This document shows positions 1 through 36,933 of a DNA stretch of 64,000 nucleotides, in pieces. The notes under the pieces were generated by a model that saw only the letters and a program-made list of their open reading frames with translations, was not told where the DNA came from and made no database searches. This DNA comes from Felis catus. Taxonomy: Eukaryota. Where the stretch lies: the NCBI RefSeq assembly GCF_018350175.1, contig NC_058369.1:2234001-2298000 (forward strand), written 5' to 3'. Positions within the stretch are counted from its first letter, which is position 1. Every line of letters begins with the position of its first letter. A program made the translations under genes and the position numbers.

Positions 1-3000
1 CTATTTGGGGTCTTTCCAGTTTCCGTACAAATTTTAGGATTTAGCTCTGCGAAGAATGCTGGTGCTATGTTGATAGGGATTGCACTGAATATGTAGATTG
101 CTTTGGGTAGGTACTGACATTTTAACAATAGTTTTCCAATCCATCAGCATGGAATGTTTTTCAGTTGTTTTGTGTCTTCTTCCGATTTCTTTCATAAACT
201 TTTTTTTTGTTTTTAACGTTCGTTTATTTTTGAGAGAGGATGAGCATGGGAGGGGCAGAGAAAGAGGGAAACAGAGGATCCAAAGCAGGCTCTGTGCTGA
301 GAGCAGAGAGCCTGATGTGGCAACTGAACTCACAAACCATGAGATCATGACCTGAGCCAAACTCAGACCCTTAACCTACTAAGCCACCCAGGTACCCCTA
401 TTTCATAAGCTTTCTAGAGTTTTCAGTATATAGATTTTTCACCTCTTTGGTTAGGTTTACTCCTAGGTATTTCATGGGTTTTGGTGCAATTGTAAATGGG
501 ATCAATTCCTTGATTTCTCTTTCTGTTGCTGCATTATTAGTGTGTAGAAATGCAAACAATTTCTGCACATTGATTTTATGTCCTGCAACTTTGCTGACCT
601 CATGTATCACTTCTAGCAGTGTTTTGCTGGAGTCTTTTGGGTTTTCCACATAGAGTATCATGTCTTCTGCAAACAGTGAAAGTTTGACTTCCTCCTTGCT
701 GATTTGGATGCCTTCCATTTCTTTGTGTTGTCTGATTGCTAAGGCTAGGACTTCCAACACTATGTTGAATAATAGTGGTGAGAGTGGACATCCTTGTCAT
801 GTTCCTGACCTTAGGGAGAAAACTCTCAGTTTTTCCCCATTGAGGATGATATTAGCTGTGGGTCTTTCGCATGTGGCCTTTATGATCTTGAGGTATAATC
901 CTTCTATGCCTACTTTCTTGAGGGATTTTATCAAGAAAGGATGCTGTATTTTGTCAAATGCTTTTTCAGCATCTATTGAGAGTATCCTGTGGTTCTTATC
1001 TTTCTTTTATTAATGTGATGTATCACATTGATTGTTTTGTGGATATTGAACCAGCCCTGCAACCCAGGTATAAATCCCACAGGGTCATGGTGAATAATTT
1101 TCTTAATGTATTGTTGGATCCGGTTGGCTAGTATCTTGTTGAGGATTTTTGCATCCATGTTCATCAGAGAAATTGGTCTGTGGTTCTCGTTTTTAGTGGA
1201 GTCTTTATCTGGTTCTGGAATCAAGGTAATGCTGGCCTTGTAGAATGAGTTTGGAACTTTTCCTCCCATTTCTTTTTTTTCTTTTTTTTTTTTTCTTTTT
1301 CTTTCTTTTTTTTTTTTTTTTTTTGAAACATCTTCAAAAGAACAGGTGTTGTTAACTCTCCTTAAGAGTGGTAGAATTGCCCTGGAAAGCCATCTGGCCC
1401 TCCACTCTTGTTTGTTGAAGGGTTTTTTGTGTTTTTTTTTTGTTAATTTTTTTTTATGTTTTTTTTTTTTATTTTTGAAGGACAGACAGAGCATGAGCGG
1501 GGGAGGAGCAGGGAGAGAGGGAGACACAGAATTTGAAGCAGGCTCCAGGTTCTGAGCTGTCAGCACAGAGCCCAATGCGGGGCTCGAACTCACGAACCAT
1601 GAGATCATGACCTGAGCCGAAGTCGGACATTTAACCGACTGAGCCATCCAGGCGCCCCAAAGGGTTTTTGATTACTGATTTAATTTCTTTACTGGTTATG
1701 GGTCTGTTCAAATTTTCTATTTCTTCCTGTTTCAGTTTTGGTAGGTTATATGTTTCTAAGACTCTGTCCATTTCTTCCAGATTGCCCAATTTGTTGGCAT
1801 ATAATTGTTCATCATATTCTCTTACTATTGTTTGTATTTCTGCTGTGTTGGTTGTGATCTCTCCTCTTTTATTCGTGATTTTATTTATTTGGGTCCTTCC
1901 TCTTTTCTTTTTAATCAATCTGACTAGGGGTTTATCAATTTTGTTAAGTCTTTCAAAGAACCAGCTCCTGGTTTCATTGATCTGTTCTACTGTTTTTTTG
2001 TTTGGTTTGGTTTTGTTTTTATAGGTATCATTGACTTCTGCTCTAATTTTTTATTATTTCCCTTTGTCTGCTGGTTTGGGGGTCTATTTGCTGTTCTTTT
2101 CCCAGCTCTTTTAGGTGTAAGGTTAGGTTGTGTATTTGAGACCTTTCTTCCTTGTTTAGGAAGGCCTGGGTTACTATATACTTCCCTCTTACGACCGCCT
2201 TTGCTACATCCCAGAGGTTTGGGGCTGTTGTGTTTTCATTTTCATTGGCTTCCATGTACTTTTTAGTTTCCTCTTTAATTTCTTGATTAACCCATTCATT
2301 CTTCAGTATGATTTTTTTTTTTATCTCCAAATATTCATGGTCTTTCCAAATTGTTTATCGTGGTTGATTTTGAGTTTCCTAGCACTGTGGTCTGAAAACA
2401 TGCATGGTATGATCTCGATCTTTTTGTACTTGTTGAGGGCTGATTTGTGTCCCAGTATGGATCTATTCTGGAGAATGTTCCATGTGCACTCAAGAAGAAT
2501 GTGAATTCTGCTGTTTTAGGATGAAATGTTCTGAATATATCCGTTAAGTCCATCTGATCCAGTGTGTCATTCAAAGCCGTTGATTTTCTTCTTCGATACT
2601 CTGTCAATTGCTGTAATTGGGGTGTTGAAGTCCCCTACTATTATGGTATTATAATCAATGAGTTTCTTTATGTTTGTGATTAATTGATTTATATATTTGG
2701 GTGCTTCACGTTGGGGGCATAAATATTTACAATTGTTAGATCATCTTGGTGGGTAGACCCCTTAATTATGATATGACACCTTTCTTCATCTTTTGTTACA
2801 GTCTTCATTTTAAAATCTAGTTTGTCTGATATAAGCATAGCTATTCCAGCTTTCTTTTGATGACCATTAGCATGATAGATGGTTCTCCATCCACTTACTT
2901 TTTATCTGCAGGTATCTTTAGGTCTAAAATGAGTCTAAGCAGCATATAGATGAGTTTTGTTTTTTGGAGGTCTGGTTTGGTGGTTATGAACTCCTTTAGT

Positions 3001-5654
3001 TTCTGTCCGGAAAACTCTTTATCTCTCCTTCTATTTTGAATCTCTCCTTCTCCTTGCTGGAAAAAGAATTCTTGGCTGCTTATTTTTCCAATTCAGTATG
3101 TTGAATATATCTTGCTGCCCCTTTCTGGCCTGCCAAGTTTCTGTGGATAGGACTACTGTGAACCTGATCTGTCTTCCCTTATAAGTTAAGGACTTTTTTC
3201 CCCCTTGCTGCTTTCATAATTCTTTCCTTGTCTGTGTATTTTGTGAGTTTGACCATGATATGCCTCGGTGCTGGCCGGTTTTTGTTGAACCAAATGAGTT
3301 CTCTGTGCTTCTTGGATTTTAGTATCTGTGTCCTTCCCCAGATTAGAACGTTTTCTTACATAAACATTGCTCACATAAACCTTCTGCCCCTTTTTCTCTC
3401 TCTTCATCTTCTGGGACTCAGATGATTCAGACGTCAGTCCTTTTTAATAAGTCACTGAGTTCTCTACATTTTGTATCATGATCTTTTGCCTTTGTTTCCC
3501 TCTTCTTTCTGCTTCATTATTTTCCATAATTTTATCTTCTAAATCATTGACTCCCTGCTCTGCTTTGCCCATCCTTACCGTCATGGCATCTATTCAAGAC
3601 TGCATCTCAGTTATAGCACTTTTAATTTCGTCCTGACTAGATTTCATTTCTTTTATCTCCACAGAAAGGGAGTCTATACTTTTTTCAACCCCAGCTAGTA
3701 TTCTTATTAGCATGGTTCTAAATTCTAGTTCAGACATTTTTTTTTAATGTTTATTTTTGAGAGACAGCGAGACATGGAGTGCAAGTGGAGGAGGGGCAGA
3801 GAGACACAGAATCTGAAGCAGGCTCCAGGCTCTGAGCTGTCAGCACAGAACCCGACATGGGGCTCGAACTCACAAACTGTGAGATCATGACCTGAGCTGA
3901 AGTCAGACGCTTAACCGAATGAGCCACCTGGGCACCCCGTTCAGACATCTTGATTATGTCTGTGTTGATTAAGCCCCAGGCTGTCATTTCTTCCTGTTTT
4001 TTTCTTTTGGGGTGAATTTCTCCCTGTTTCTGATTTTGGAGGAAGAAAAATTAATGAAATAAAAAACTAAAATCAAAAAATTAAAAACAAAAGATCAAAG
4101 GAAGCTAGATCCTAGGTGTGTTTTGGTCTGCTTGTGGAAGGAAGCTTGGTAGAATGGGGGGGGGGGGGGTGGAATAGAAGGAAAAGTAAAAAAAAAGAAA
4201 AATTTAAAAATTAAAAATATATATACATAATAAAATAGAACAAAATGAAATGAGAACAAAAAAAATTTAAAAAGTACAAAATATAAAAATAATACATTTT
4301 TCTTTCTGTATCCAAGAATGAGGTAGAAAGAAAGAAGGAAAAAACAATTTAAGCAAAAACAGAAGTAAAGAAAATGAACAAATAAAGGAACCAGCCCACA
4401 GAATGAAACCAGAATGAAGTTACATCTAGTTTTCCCTAGAACTTGAACTGTGAATCCTTCTGTAGTCCGTACACTAAGCAGGTGGAGGGGCTTGTGCTGG
4501 TCTTCTAGGGGATGAGCATGGAGGGCACAGCTGCGCAGGGCTTGGTGTCAGGGCTCCACTCCCCAGTTGGTGGCGCTGCTCAGCTCACTAGGGTGGATCA
4601 GTGTGGCACGCATGTGCGTGGGCGGGAGAGGCGGAAATGGCTTCACCCAGCTGCCTCCTCTCTGGCGCAGGAACTTCCTGCTCTCATGGACCGGCGACCA
4701 AGCACCCCTCCTTTGTCTCAGGCCTCTGTCCCCTCCGCACCTCTACCTGTCCACGTCCAAGCTGTCCGCCTGCCAGGCGGCAACTCCCTCCAGAGTTTTA
4801 TCTCGGATGGGGTTGTTTCAAAACCCCACGCTTCGGAGACCCTTGCAGCTTGGACCCGTGCCAACTCTCTTGGGGAGGGTCTCACTGAGCAAAGGCCGGT
4901 GCCTGGCAGGCCCCAGAAAACGTTCGTGCGATTGCGCCACAGGAGAGGTTCAGACTACGGCAAACCACAACACACGGCCGCCCCGCGTTTCACCGCACTC
5001 TGGCATCCTTCTCCCAATACCAGCAAACGAGTCTGCCCTCCAGGGTCCACTGGGACCTTTGCCCATGGGGAGGCCGTATGGCCTCTACCAAATGCACTCC
5101 AAGCGGGGGAACCGCTTCTCCCCGTGTCACCCATGGACCCCTCAGACCCCGCTGCCTGCTCCTGGGCATTCACCCCGCTTCCCCACCAGAGCACCGTCAG
5201 GCACCGAACTCAGGAACTTCAGGCTCTACTTCACTGTTTATACAAGCCTGGTGGAATTGAAACCCACTCCTTTCTCCCCATCGGTGGTTTTGGGGAACGG
5301 GTTTCTTGTTGAGTCCCCTGCCAGTGTTTTTCACTCTTTCTCTCTCCTTCACTGCAGCTACTTTCAGAGGAGTACTTTTCTTGCACTGCCGATGCACCCC
5401 ACTCTCCCCCTTCCTTTCTCTCTTTGTCCTCTCTCCACAAAAACCGCTGCCTACCTTCCACAGCTTTGCTCCCCCCCAGTTCACCTCTCAGCACCATGTA
5501 CTTGCCAAGTTTTGTGGCTCGAGTTCTGCAGATTGTTTTGTTAATCCTCTGGTCAACTTCCTAGGTGTCCAAAGTCTTTTGGTGCTGATCTACTGCATTT
5601 CAGGGACGAGACACGCTCGGGGTCTCCGGGCTGCTCTGCTATCTTAACTCCCCC
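1..5654 (-). mobile_element. Carnivore LINE-1 with intact 5' end, decayed; runs off the left edge of the window. 5'UTR ~4040-5654, ORF1 remnant ~2965-4035, ORF2 EN/RT remnant 1-2965
   Basis: Minus strand begins GGGGGAGTTAAGATAGCAGAGCAG at 5654, an L1 5'-end-like sequence with a degenerate YY1 box. ORF fragments match ORF2p motifs: [68 protein letters not shown]. Many stops and frameshifts; three SINEs inserted (~199-398, ~1432-1658, ~3737-3938). Confidence 0.93.
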
Positions 5655-5659
5655 TTCAA

Positions 5660-6360
5660 GATTCATTCATTTTACAGTACGTGTCCGTGCCTCATTCCTT
5701 TTTGGGGCTGAATCACCTGCGTCCTGTGTCTATGCCGCACCCGGTTCATCCATCCACACACCGGGGACACTTGGGACGTTTCCCTCTTTTGCGGGGAACG
5801 CACAGTTTTGCACCTGGCACTCGTGGGCACACATCTGAGTGTCTGTTTCCGTTTACGTAGGCCTGGAACACTTGGGTCACACTGCCCTTCTGTGTTTCAC
5901 TTTTTGAGGAACCACCAAACTTTTTTCCACATCAGCTGCCCTGACACTCCCACCAGCCAAGCACACGGTTCCACTTTTCTCCACATCCTGACTGCCGCTT
6001 GTTTTCTGGATTCTGGCTCCTAGCCGTTCTCGTGAATGGGAAGTGGTATTGTCTTGTGTTTTGTCTTGTGTTTCCCTTCAGTTAGTGACGTTGAGGATTT
6101 TTGCACGTGTGTATTAGACATTTGTGTGTCATCCGAAACGAAATGTCTATGCAAGGTTTTGCTCGCTTTCTAACTGGGTCGAGTTTTTGTTATTCAGATA
6201 CAAGCATTCTTTGTGTATTCTGGACGATAAAAATCTCATCATACATTTGATTTACAAATATGATCTTCCATTTCATTGGAGGCATTTCAATCTCTTGATG
6301 TTGACCTTTGATGTACAAAAGATTGTGATTTTCCTGAAGCCTAATTTCCCACTCTTTCTT
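5660..6360 (-). mobile_element. Old L1 (L1M-type) 3'-region fragment
   Basis: Typical antisense L1 3' phrases (TTTTTGAGGAACCACCAAACTTTTTTCCAC, TTCTCCACATCCT, GTGGTATTGTCTTGTGTTTTG). Boundaries approximate. Confidence 0.65.
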
Positions 6361-6729
6361 GTGTTCAACCCACAACCAAGCCAGGAAATTCTGATGGCTC
6401 TAACTTCAAATACTATCTGGGCTTCAACCTCCACATCATAGCCACTGCTACCAACCCAGTGTGACCCACCACCTTGGCCAACATCACCTTCCTAGTGCCT
6501 GTTGTCATGGTAACAGAGGGGTCCTGTGCGGGTGCCTGATCAGCTCATCTTGAGGGTCCACGCCACCCACCACCAAAGTCCGTCTTCTTGGTCAGCCAGT
6601 GCATGTGACCCACCCTCTCCTCTCCTCTCATGTCTGCTGTTCCTCTCCCCCCTCACTCTGCTGGGGGCACAGTGGCCTCTGGTGTCCTTCGGACATCCAA
6701 GACTCCCTCCCTCCTGCAGAATGCCTTCG

Positions 6730-7140
6730 TTATCTGGTGCAGCCATAACACAGAGACAGACATCTGTGGTATCACAACTGAGGTGGCTGGAAGCCTGAGA
6801 TCAAGTTGTCCGCAAGGCTGGTTCCTTCTGGAGGCTCTGAAGGACGATCTGTCCCAGGCCTCCCTCCCAGCTTCTGGGGGTTGTCCACAACCCTTTGCAT
6901 TCCTTGGCGGGTAGACACATCATGCCAATCCCTGCTGCTGTCTCACATGGTCAAGCCCTGTCTTCAGCGCAGGCCTCTGTGTCCCAATTTCCCAGTTTTA
7001 TGAGGACACCCATCACTGGGTCAAGATCTACCCTGACCCAGTATGGCTTCATCTTCATTACATGTGCGAACACCTTACGTCTAGAGAAGGCTGTAGTCTG
7101 AAGTCCATTTGACATGAAACTTGGGGGGTACAATACTGGA
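6730..7140 (+). mobile_element. MaLR LTR relic (MLT1-like)
   Basis: GGCTGGAAGCCTGAGATCAAG...GGCTGGTTCCTTCTGGAGGCTCTGA...CTCCCAGCTTCTGG resembles MLT1 LTR motifs. Strand refers to the orientation of that motif. Confidence 0.6.
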
Positions 7141-10100
7141 CCCAGAGTATGTATATGCCTGCACTGCGTATATCTTATCATCAATTTCGGTACCAACTTG
7201 CAGTGTTATGTGAAAACCTTACTTTACTATTTTGGTTTCCTAGTCCTTCCACCACATGCACAACATCTCTATGAAATATACATAAACATTCCAGGTTATA
7301 TACACATGTGTCCGGCTGAGACACATTATATGAACTCCACGTACATCTTCCTTCCATCCCTCCACTGTGCTACAATACTACTATGCAAGGTCAATGAAAT
7401 CTACATGTAGATAACTATGGTTCCGCTGAATTGTGTTATTTAATCGTGGGTAAGGCCGGCAGGCATATTTCCCAGAATCCCTGTCTTTATGATTCTAGGT
7501 GACAATTCACCAATGGTCAAATTGCATGAGTACTGGAAGCAGAAATGAAGGGGTGCCCGGGTGGCTCAGTCGGTCAAGCATCCGACTTTGGTGCAGGTCA
7601 TGATCTCAGTTTGTGAGTTCAAGCCCCACATCGGGTTCTCTGCTCTCAATGCAGAGCCTGCTTTGGGATCCTCTGTCCCCCTTTCTCTGCCCCTCCCCTA
7701 CTCGCACTTTCCCTCAAAATAAACTTTAAAAAGGAACGCACAAGTGAAGATGCCCTAGTCTAGAGTTGGGGTCACCATACAGACGGATCAATGCATAGGG
7801 GCTCGTGGCCCATCTTTCTGAGTACTAGCCTGTCACTCAACCATGTACCCTAACCAAACACCAAACTTTTCTCTTCCATTTTCTTAGCAGTCCTGTGTTC
7901 CACTCATGATCTTCCCCACCATGGTACAGATTCTAGGGTCAGAAATCCATAGCTTTGGGTTTTCCATCCAGTCACACCTTGTCCCCCAGGCCCCTAATTT
8001 AGGTTGTCACGTTTGTTGATTTTCTTTGGTGCTTTGACTCCCCTCTTTTCTAGATCATACCGTATTTGTATAATAACATAGCATTTGTGGGTGCCAGCTG
8101 GCTTGGTCGGTGATCAGTCTTGATCTCCAGTTAATGAGTTTAAGCCCCACATTGGCTGAAGAGGTTACTTGAAAAAAAGGGGGGGGGGGACTTCACTTGT
8201 ATAGCAAATATCTGTCATCTCAATAATTTTAGGAGATCAGGGATCTCGATGCCAGGACAACAGATATAATGGCACAGCTAAAAGGCACATGGAATTTTGA
8301 CCCTCTGCTGCTTTGTTGAGTGCATATTCTATCCTTCCGTGTGAGAAATTAGCACCTTCCGCATATCTCAGGGTAAATGTTCTCCATTTACACAGAGCTG
8401 AATCCAAGTCATTGGTAAATGCTGACTTATTATATTTACGTGAGATTAAAACAGTGTGCATTTAATTTTTCTAATGTTTATTTACTTTTTGAGAGACAGA
8501 GACAGAGCATGAGTAGAGGAGGGGCAGAGAGAGAGGGAGACACCGAATCTGAAGCAGGCTCCAGGCTCTGAGCCATTAGCACAGAGCCCGATGCGGGGCT
8601 CAAACTCACAGACCATGAGATCATGACCTGAGCCGAAGTTGGGCGCTCAACCGACAGAGCCCCCCAGGTGCCCCCCCAATCCACATTTGTTTACTCAAAC
8701 AGATGATTCTACTTGTTTCCCAGGAACTCCTAAGTTGTGTTTAACTATCACTTGTATACTAACAAATCTAACTCTCTTTACAAGAGACATTTTATCAAAA
8801 TAGCCCTTTGCACTTATGTAGTGTCAAGTCAGCCTTGCTATTTCTCATTTAGGACAATTCTTGGTTAATATTTTCATGCATTCTTAGTCATGGTACCAGC
8901 TGCACAGGATTTTAGGGATTTTTTCTTTTGGGTCGATATTTTAAATTCTTATATACTTAGGATCTTTGTCATTACCGTGATTGTAACACATTACTAAGAC
9001 TAAGGCGATGACTTCATCAATGCCCTCCACTCAAAGACCACCAGGACCACACCTGTCGGCAGAGAGGATCACACTGCATCGGGACATTGGATGACCACAA
9101 CTCATGAAGGTGGGCGGAGGTGTCGGTGCGAGGGACACACTGTGACATGTACCGCGTGAGGACGTGTTCTGACATGACGCACGCAGACGTGTGACAGATG
9201 ATGGGGGCGTGTGGGAAGGGCTCCTTTATTCTGGACTAGATGCCGTCAGGAGGTACAGGTAAGTTTGTGATTGGAGATCTTAACACTTCTTGTCTAGAAA
9301 GCAGGCGGGATGCGGTGCAGCTCAAACTATGAATAAAGAGGCAGCACGGGGCGCCTGGGTGGTTCAGTCAGTTAAGCATCCTAGGTCATGATCTCCTAGT
9401 TCGTGAGTTTGAGCCCCGTGTCGGGATCTGTGCTGACAGCTCAGAGCCTGGAGCCTGCTTCGGATTCTGTGTCTCCCTCCCTCTCTGCCCCTCCCCTGCT
9501 CATGCTCTGTCTCTCTCTCTCAAAAATAAAATAAACATTTTTAAAAAATTTTTAAAAAGAAAAGAGGCAGCAGGCACATCAGCAAGAAGCAGGGAATATG
9601 TGGGGAGCTGTATGGACTGGACTCTATTTTTTAGCCTCTTTACACCCATGACCGTATCGTGGTCTTCATGTGCCTTGACGCATCACAGACAAGGGAGTGC
9701 CTCGTCCGAGGACAGGCGGGTGAAATGGTTTCTGCTCAGTGAATGTCACAGCCCAGTACCGAGCGCCGGGCCGGCTTCCGTGTCTGAGGCTATGACTGCC
9801 ATTCTCACCGACTGTGTGAACACGGACGTGCTGCTTACTCATATCCGGCAGTGTGTTAAATGTCGTCCTTAAGGGAACCCTGTCAGCACATAGAAATCTA
9901 GTTGCTGCTCAGCAAATTCTACAAGGTACATACTATTTTTATCTCCTTGTAGGAGGTAACTGAGGCCTGTAAGTGCAGGTGATTTTCCAAAAACCACAAG
10001 AAAGGAATCAACTCAGGATCAAGATTCAAATCCAGCCTTTCTTTCCCAGACTCTATACTCAGCGTCAGGGGCTGATTACTGACCCTACTTCAGGTGCCAC

Positions 10101-13100
10101 ACACCTGACTCAAAGCACACCATCACATTCCATGCTGATCCAGGCACTGTAGGCACTTGCCCACATGGCCTCGGGCTCACGGCCGCCCACCCTCCTGCTT
10201 GTGCTCACTCCTGTGGTGCTCCCTGGGGTCACCCCCTCATTACATGCACTGACCATCCCTCTCAGACCTGAGTGTAATAAACTGTTGTCCTGGGGCTTCC
10301 CGTGTCCCCTCCTGTGACCATACGACACTGGCCAACCCCTAATGGCCACAGAACAGGTGCCCATTCACAGCCTCTAAACGTGAACTCTGGGGTTGTCCCT
10401 GCAAAACTGCAGAGTCAGAATCAGAAAGGCACCAGAGAGAAAAGGAACACCACTTCACAAGGAAAACCTCACCTGGGTATTTGCAGACCATGTTTGAAAT
10501 CAGGGATTTCACGGTTATGCTATGAACAAGCAAGAGTCCCACGGAAAATGTCACATACAGACTATTTCCCACCGTCGGTGCTGAAATCGCAGTGTTGTTG
10601 GGATCCACACCTTCCGTGTTGTTAGGTCAGTGTGTTGTCGGCCGGTGACCAGGTCGTATTGGGGGACTGAGGACAGCAGAGAGGAAAGCCCATTCCGACA
10701 TTGGCTGGAATGACTACACATAAGTATTACTCTCTGAAGACACAGATGTCTTTATTTTCCATTTACACTACCAACTTCCTGTACATTTCCTTTGCCATTT
10801 CCTTCCCCCAAGTCCCCGTGGAACCACTCCCCTTACACATCATCTCAGACGTGAAGCCCAACCAGCCCCACCCAAAATACAACCGGACTCCCACCACGCC
10901 AGATCGGTTGCTATCTCTGTGTCAACTGGGGCAGATCAACAAAAGCATGCGTGGACTACTCTTCCTCCACTGGGAATAATACAAGGAGACACCACTGGGT
11001 GAAGCATTACGAACCAATTACACATCCGTCACAGTTAGAAGTGTCCTGTCCAGCACAATTCCCAGCAAGGAAGGAGGAAGGGAGGAAGGACACGTTTCCA
11101 TTCTGGGGTCGGTTTTCCATTACACCTCTAAGGAATGTGGACAGCACACACTGGGAAGCAGCATTTCCAGAAACCATTAGTTTCCTCAAGGCAGTTCTGC
11201 CTGGAGCTCCGTGTAATTAATAACGGATTCCCAGCACAACTAAGACTCACAACAGCAACCACGCTGGTTTTTCTAGTTGTTGACAGACAAGTAGGGAAGA
11301 TGAATGTGTTTGGCTCCCCTCCCACACCCTTGAGCTGCAAGACCATTACTCTGGGAGGAGGCCACTACATAAGCAATATTTGGATTTTCACCCATTAGGA
11401 GTTAAGTCACTTAAAAAAAATTTTTTTAGGGGCGCCCGGGTGGCTCAGTCGGTTAAGCGTCCGACTTCAGCTCAGGTCACGATCTCGCGCTCCGTGAGTT
11501 CGAGCCCCGCGTCGGGCTCTGGGCTGATGGCTCAGAGCCTGGAGCCTGCTTCCGATTCTGTGTCTCCCTCTCTCTCTGCCCCTCCCCCGTTCATGCGCTG
11601 TCTCTGTCTCAAAAAATAAATAAACGTTAAAAAAATTAAAAAAAATTTTTTAACGTTTATTTATTTTTTGAGACAGAGAGAGACAGAGAGAGAGACCGAG
11701 CAGAGGGGCAGAGAGAGAGGGAGACACAGATTCTGAAGCAGGTTCCAGGCTTTCAGCTGTCAACAGAACCTGATGCAGGGCTCGAACCCAAAAACTGTGG
11801 GATCATGACCTGAGTCAAAGTCGGATGTTCAATTGATTGAGCCACCCAGGCACCCCATGAGTAAGTCATTTTACTGAGAAAATCATGACAGTTGTAGAGG
11901 AATTAAAGAAATACAAACCAGAAGGAAAATGTCATAATGTTTACGTACTTAGTACTATCAACCAAGAATATATATTTCAAAAAACTAACACAAGAAGTTA
12001 ATCTTCTAGAATGGGATATTTTAAAATAACTTCTCAGTTGTGAAACATAAAACATATAATCTTTTTTTTTAATTTTTTTTAACGTTTATTTATTTTTGAG
12101 ACAGAGAGAGACAGAGCATGAACAGGGGAGGATCAGAGAGAGGGAGACACAGAATCTGAAACAGGCTCCAGGCTCTGAACTGTCAGCACAGAGCCCGACG
12201 TGGGGCTCGAACTCACGGACCGCGAGATCATGACCTGAGCCAAAGTCGGCCGCTTAACCGACTGAGCCACCCAGGCGCCCCAAACATATAATCTTAAAGC
12301 GTGCAACAGATTTGGAGTACCAGGGTGGCTCAGTCGGTTAAGCATCCAACTTCGGCTCAGGTCAAGATCTCGCGGTTTGTGAGTTCGAGCCCCATGTCGG
12401 GCTCTGTGCTGACAGCTCAGGGTCTGGAGCCTGCTTCAGATTCTGTGTCTCCCTCTCTCTCTGCCCCTTCTCCACTCACTCTCTTTCTCTCTCAAAAATG
12501 AATAAACATTAAAAAAAAATATGCAATAGATTTGAAAACCTTGGTAATGAGACTTCTATGAAGCAATGTAGAAAACCATGTTTGACCAAAAAAAAAAAAA
12601 AAAAAAAAAAAACGCATTGTTTTGAATCACATATTAAAAATGACAGAATTAAACAGTGGGAAATCACACATAACAACAGACCATCATTAAACATACTAGG
12701 TTTCTCTCTTAGCAGTCAGCTATAGGGGAAAACTCCCACAAACTGCCAAATACACTCACAGGTGCTAATTCCAATCATGGAAACATCCAGAAAGAAGAAA
12801 GGCAGGGTCAGCACAGCCTCTCCACAATGCAACCAGGGACAGAGGTCTCCTCCATCTGTGGCTACAGCATTCGATCTGTCAGGGGGGAGGGAGGCAGGAT
12901 ACAGACCTACCCTGAGAGGGACAAGATGCTTAACACAGAAATCATGTAAAGGAAAAGCATGGAGATGAAGGGGTCACAGGATAAGAGAGCTCGCTAAGCA
13001 CGACAGCCTGAAGAGACGGCCTCAGGGACACAAAGAGTCACAGGGCAACGCAAGGATCCGTGGGGACCAGGAAGCCAAGACGATCTGTCACGGGACAGCT

Positions 13101-13463
13101 CGTGGAAGTCTCTGGAACATGCTAACAAGAACTAACGTCAAACTTTTCCTACACGGGGGCTGTTCCAGACGGCAGACCAGAAGCCAGGACAACACGCCGT
13201 GACTCAGGCCCACTGGGTCCCCACGCGTCTGTCCCCTGGTGTCACGGAAGGATGGAGAATCACGGTTCCTCACCGCTGCTCTCCAAGCCCCACACAGCTT
13301 CTCTGCTCAGGGCCTTCCTCTCAGAGCCGCACAGAGGAGGACTCTGGGACATACGGCCTCCTGCCTCACAAGGCTCATAACGAAACCCAGCAGAACCAGC
13401 CAGACACTAGCTTTCCACTTCAAGCCACAAGGTTTCTCTTCTTTTTTAAGTTTATGTATTTAT

Positions 13464-13506
<43 letters not shown>

Positions 13507-14277
13507 TATCAGCGCAGAGCCTGACACGGGGCTCAATCCCACGAACCGCAAGCTCATGACCTGAGCCGAAATCAAGAGTCGGGCGCTTAACCCACTGAGC
13601 CACCCAGGCACCCCCAACAGTTACTCTTCGTAACTCAACAGGTCATGACTGATGAACAACCGAGACCAAAGGCGATGAGCGAAAGTCAAACTACAAACAC
13701 AATCAGAGGAGACTGTCCTCCTCCAATATCCTTGCACATTTACTAACGTCATGGGGAACACAGGTGAGCACACAGCAGCAACAGCACACGTGGAGACACA
13801 ACTTTCAATAATAAAGACCGCAAGGAGGGGCAGGGCGGAGTCGGGGAATTCTAGTCTCTGCACCAGAGGACAAGATACACGTACAGACCACTGATCAGCC
13901 CTGGGTCCAGAAGACATCTTCGTGGAAATGAGACACATTTTATAGAACTGTACAGTCTTTTCATGTCTGAGATAGCAAAATATATTTCATACAGAAACTG
14001 GGGATGTTCAGGAATGTTTTATCTTGGGTGTTCATATCAGCAGCATGCAGTGGAAATAAATACAACAGAGATCCCTATTACAGATGAGGCACTTCTGAGG
14101 CACAAGAAAATTTATAACAAAAACTGCCGTCCAGCCCTGACGTTTTATGTACAAAATAAATGAGGTGCTATGCCTGAAGGTTCTCCAACATTCTTTACAC
14201 TCATACATCACGTTTCTTGCCCGTGTGTCTGACTGGACTTACAATAAGATATGAGGGAAAACAGCGTGATTGTGTAT

Positions 14278-36933
<22,656 letters not shown>

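Noticed and set aside
10080..11400. Possible ancient ERVL-type LTR/internal relic
   Set aside because: Similarity too faint to set a family or boundaries without a repeat-library search.
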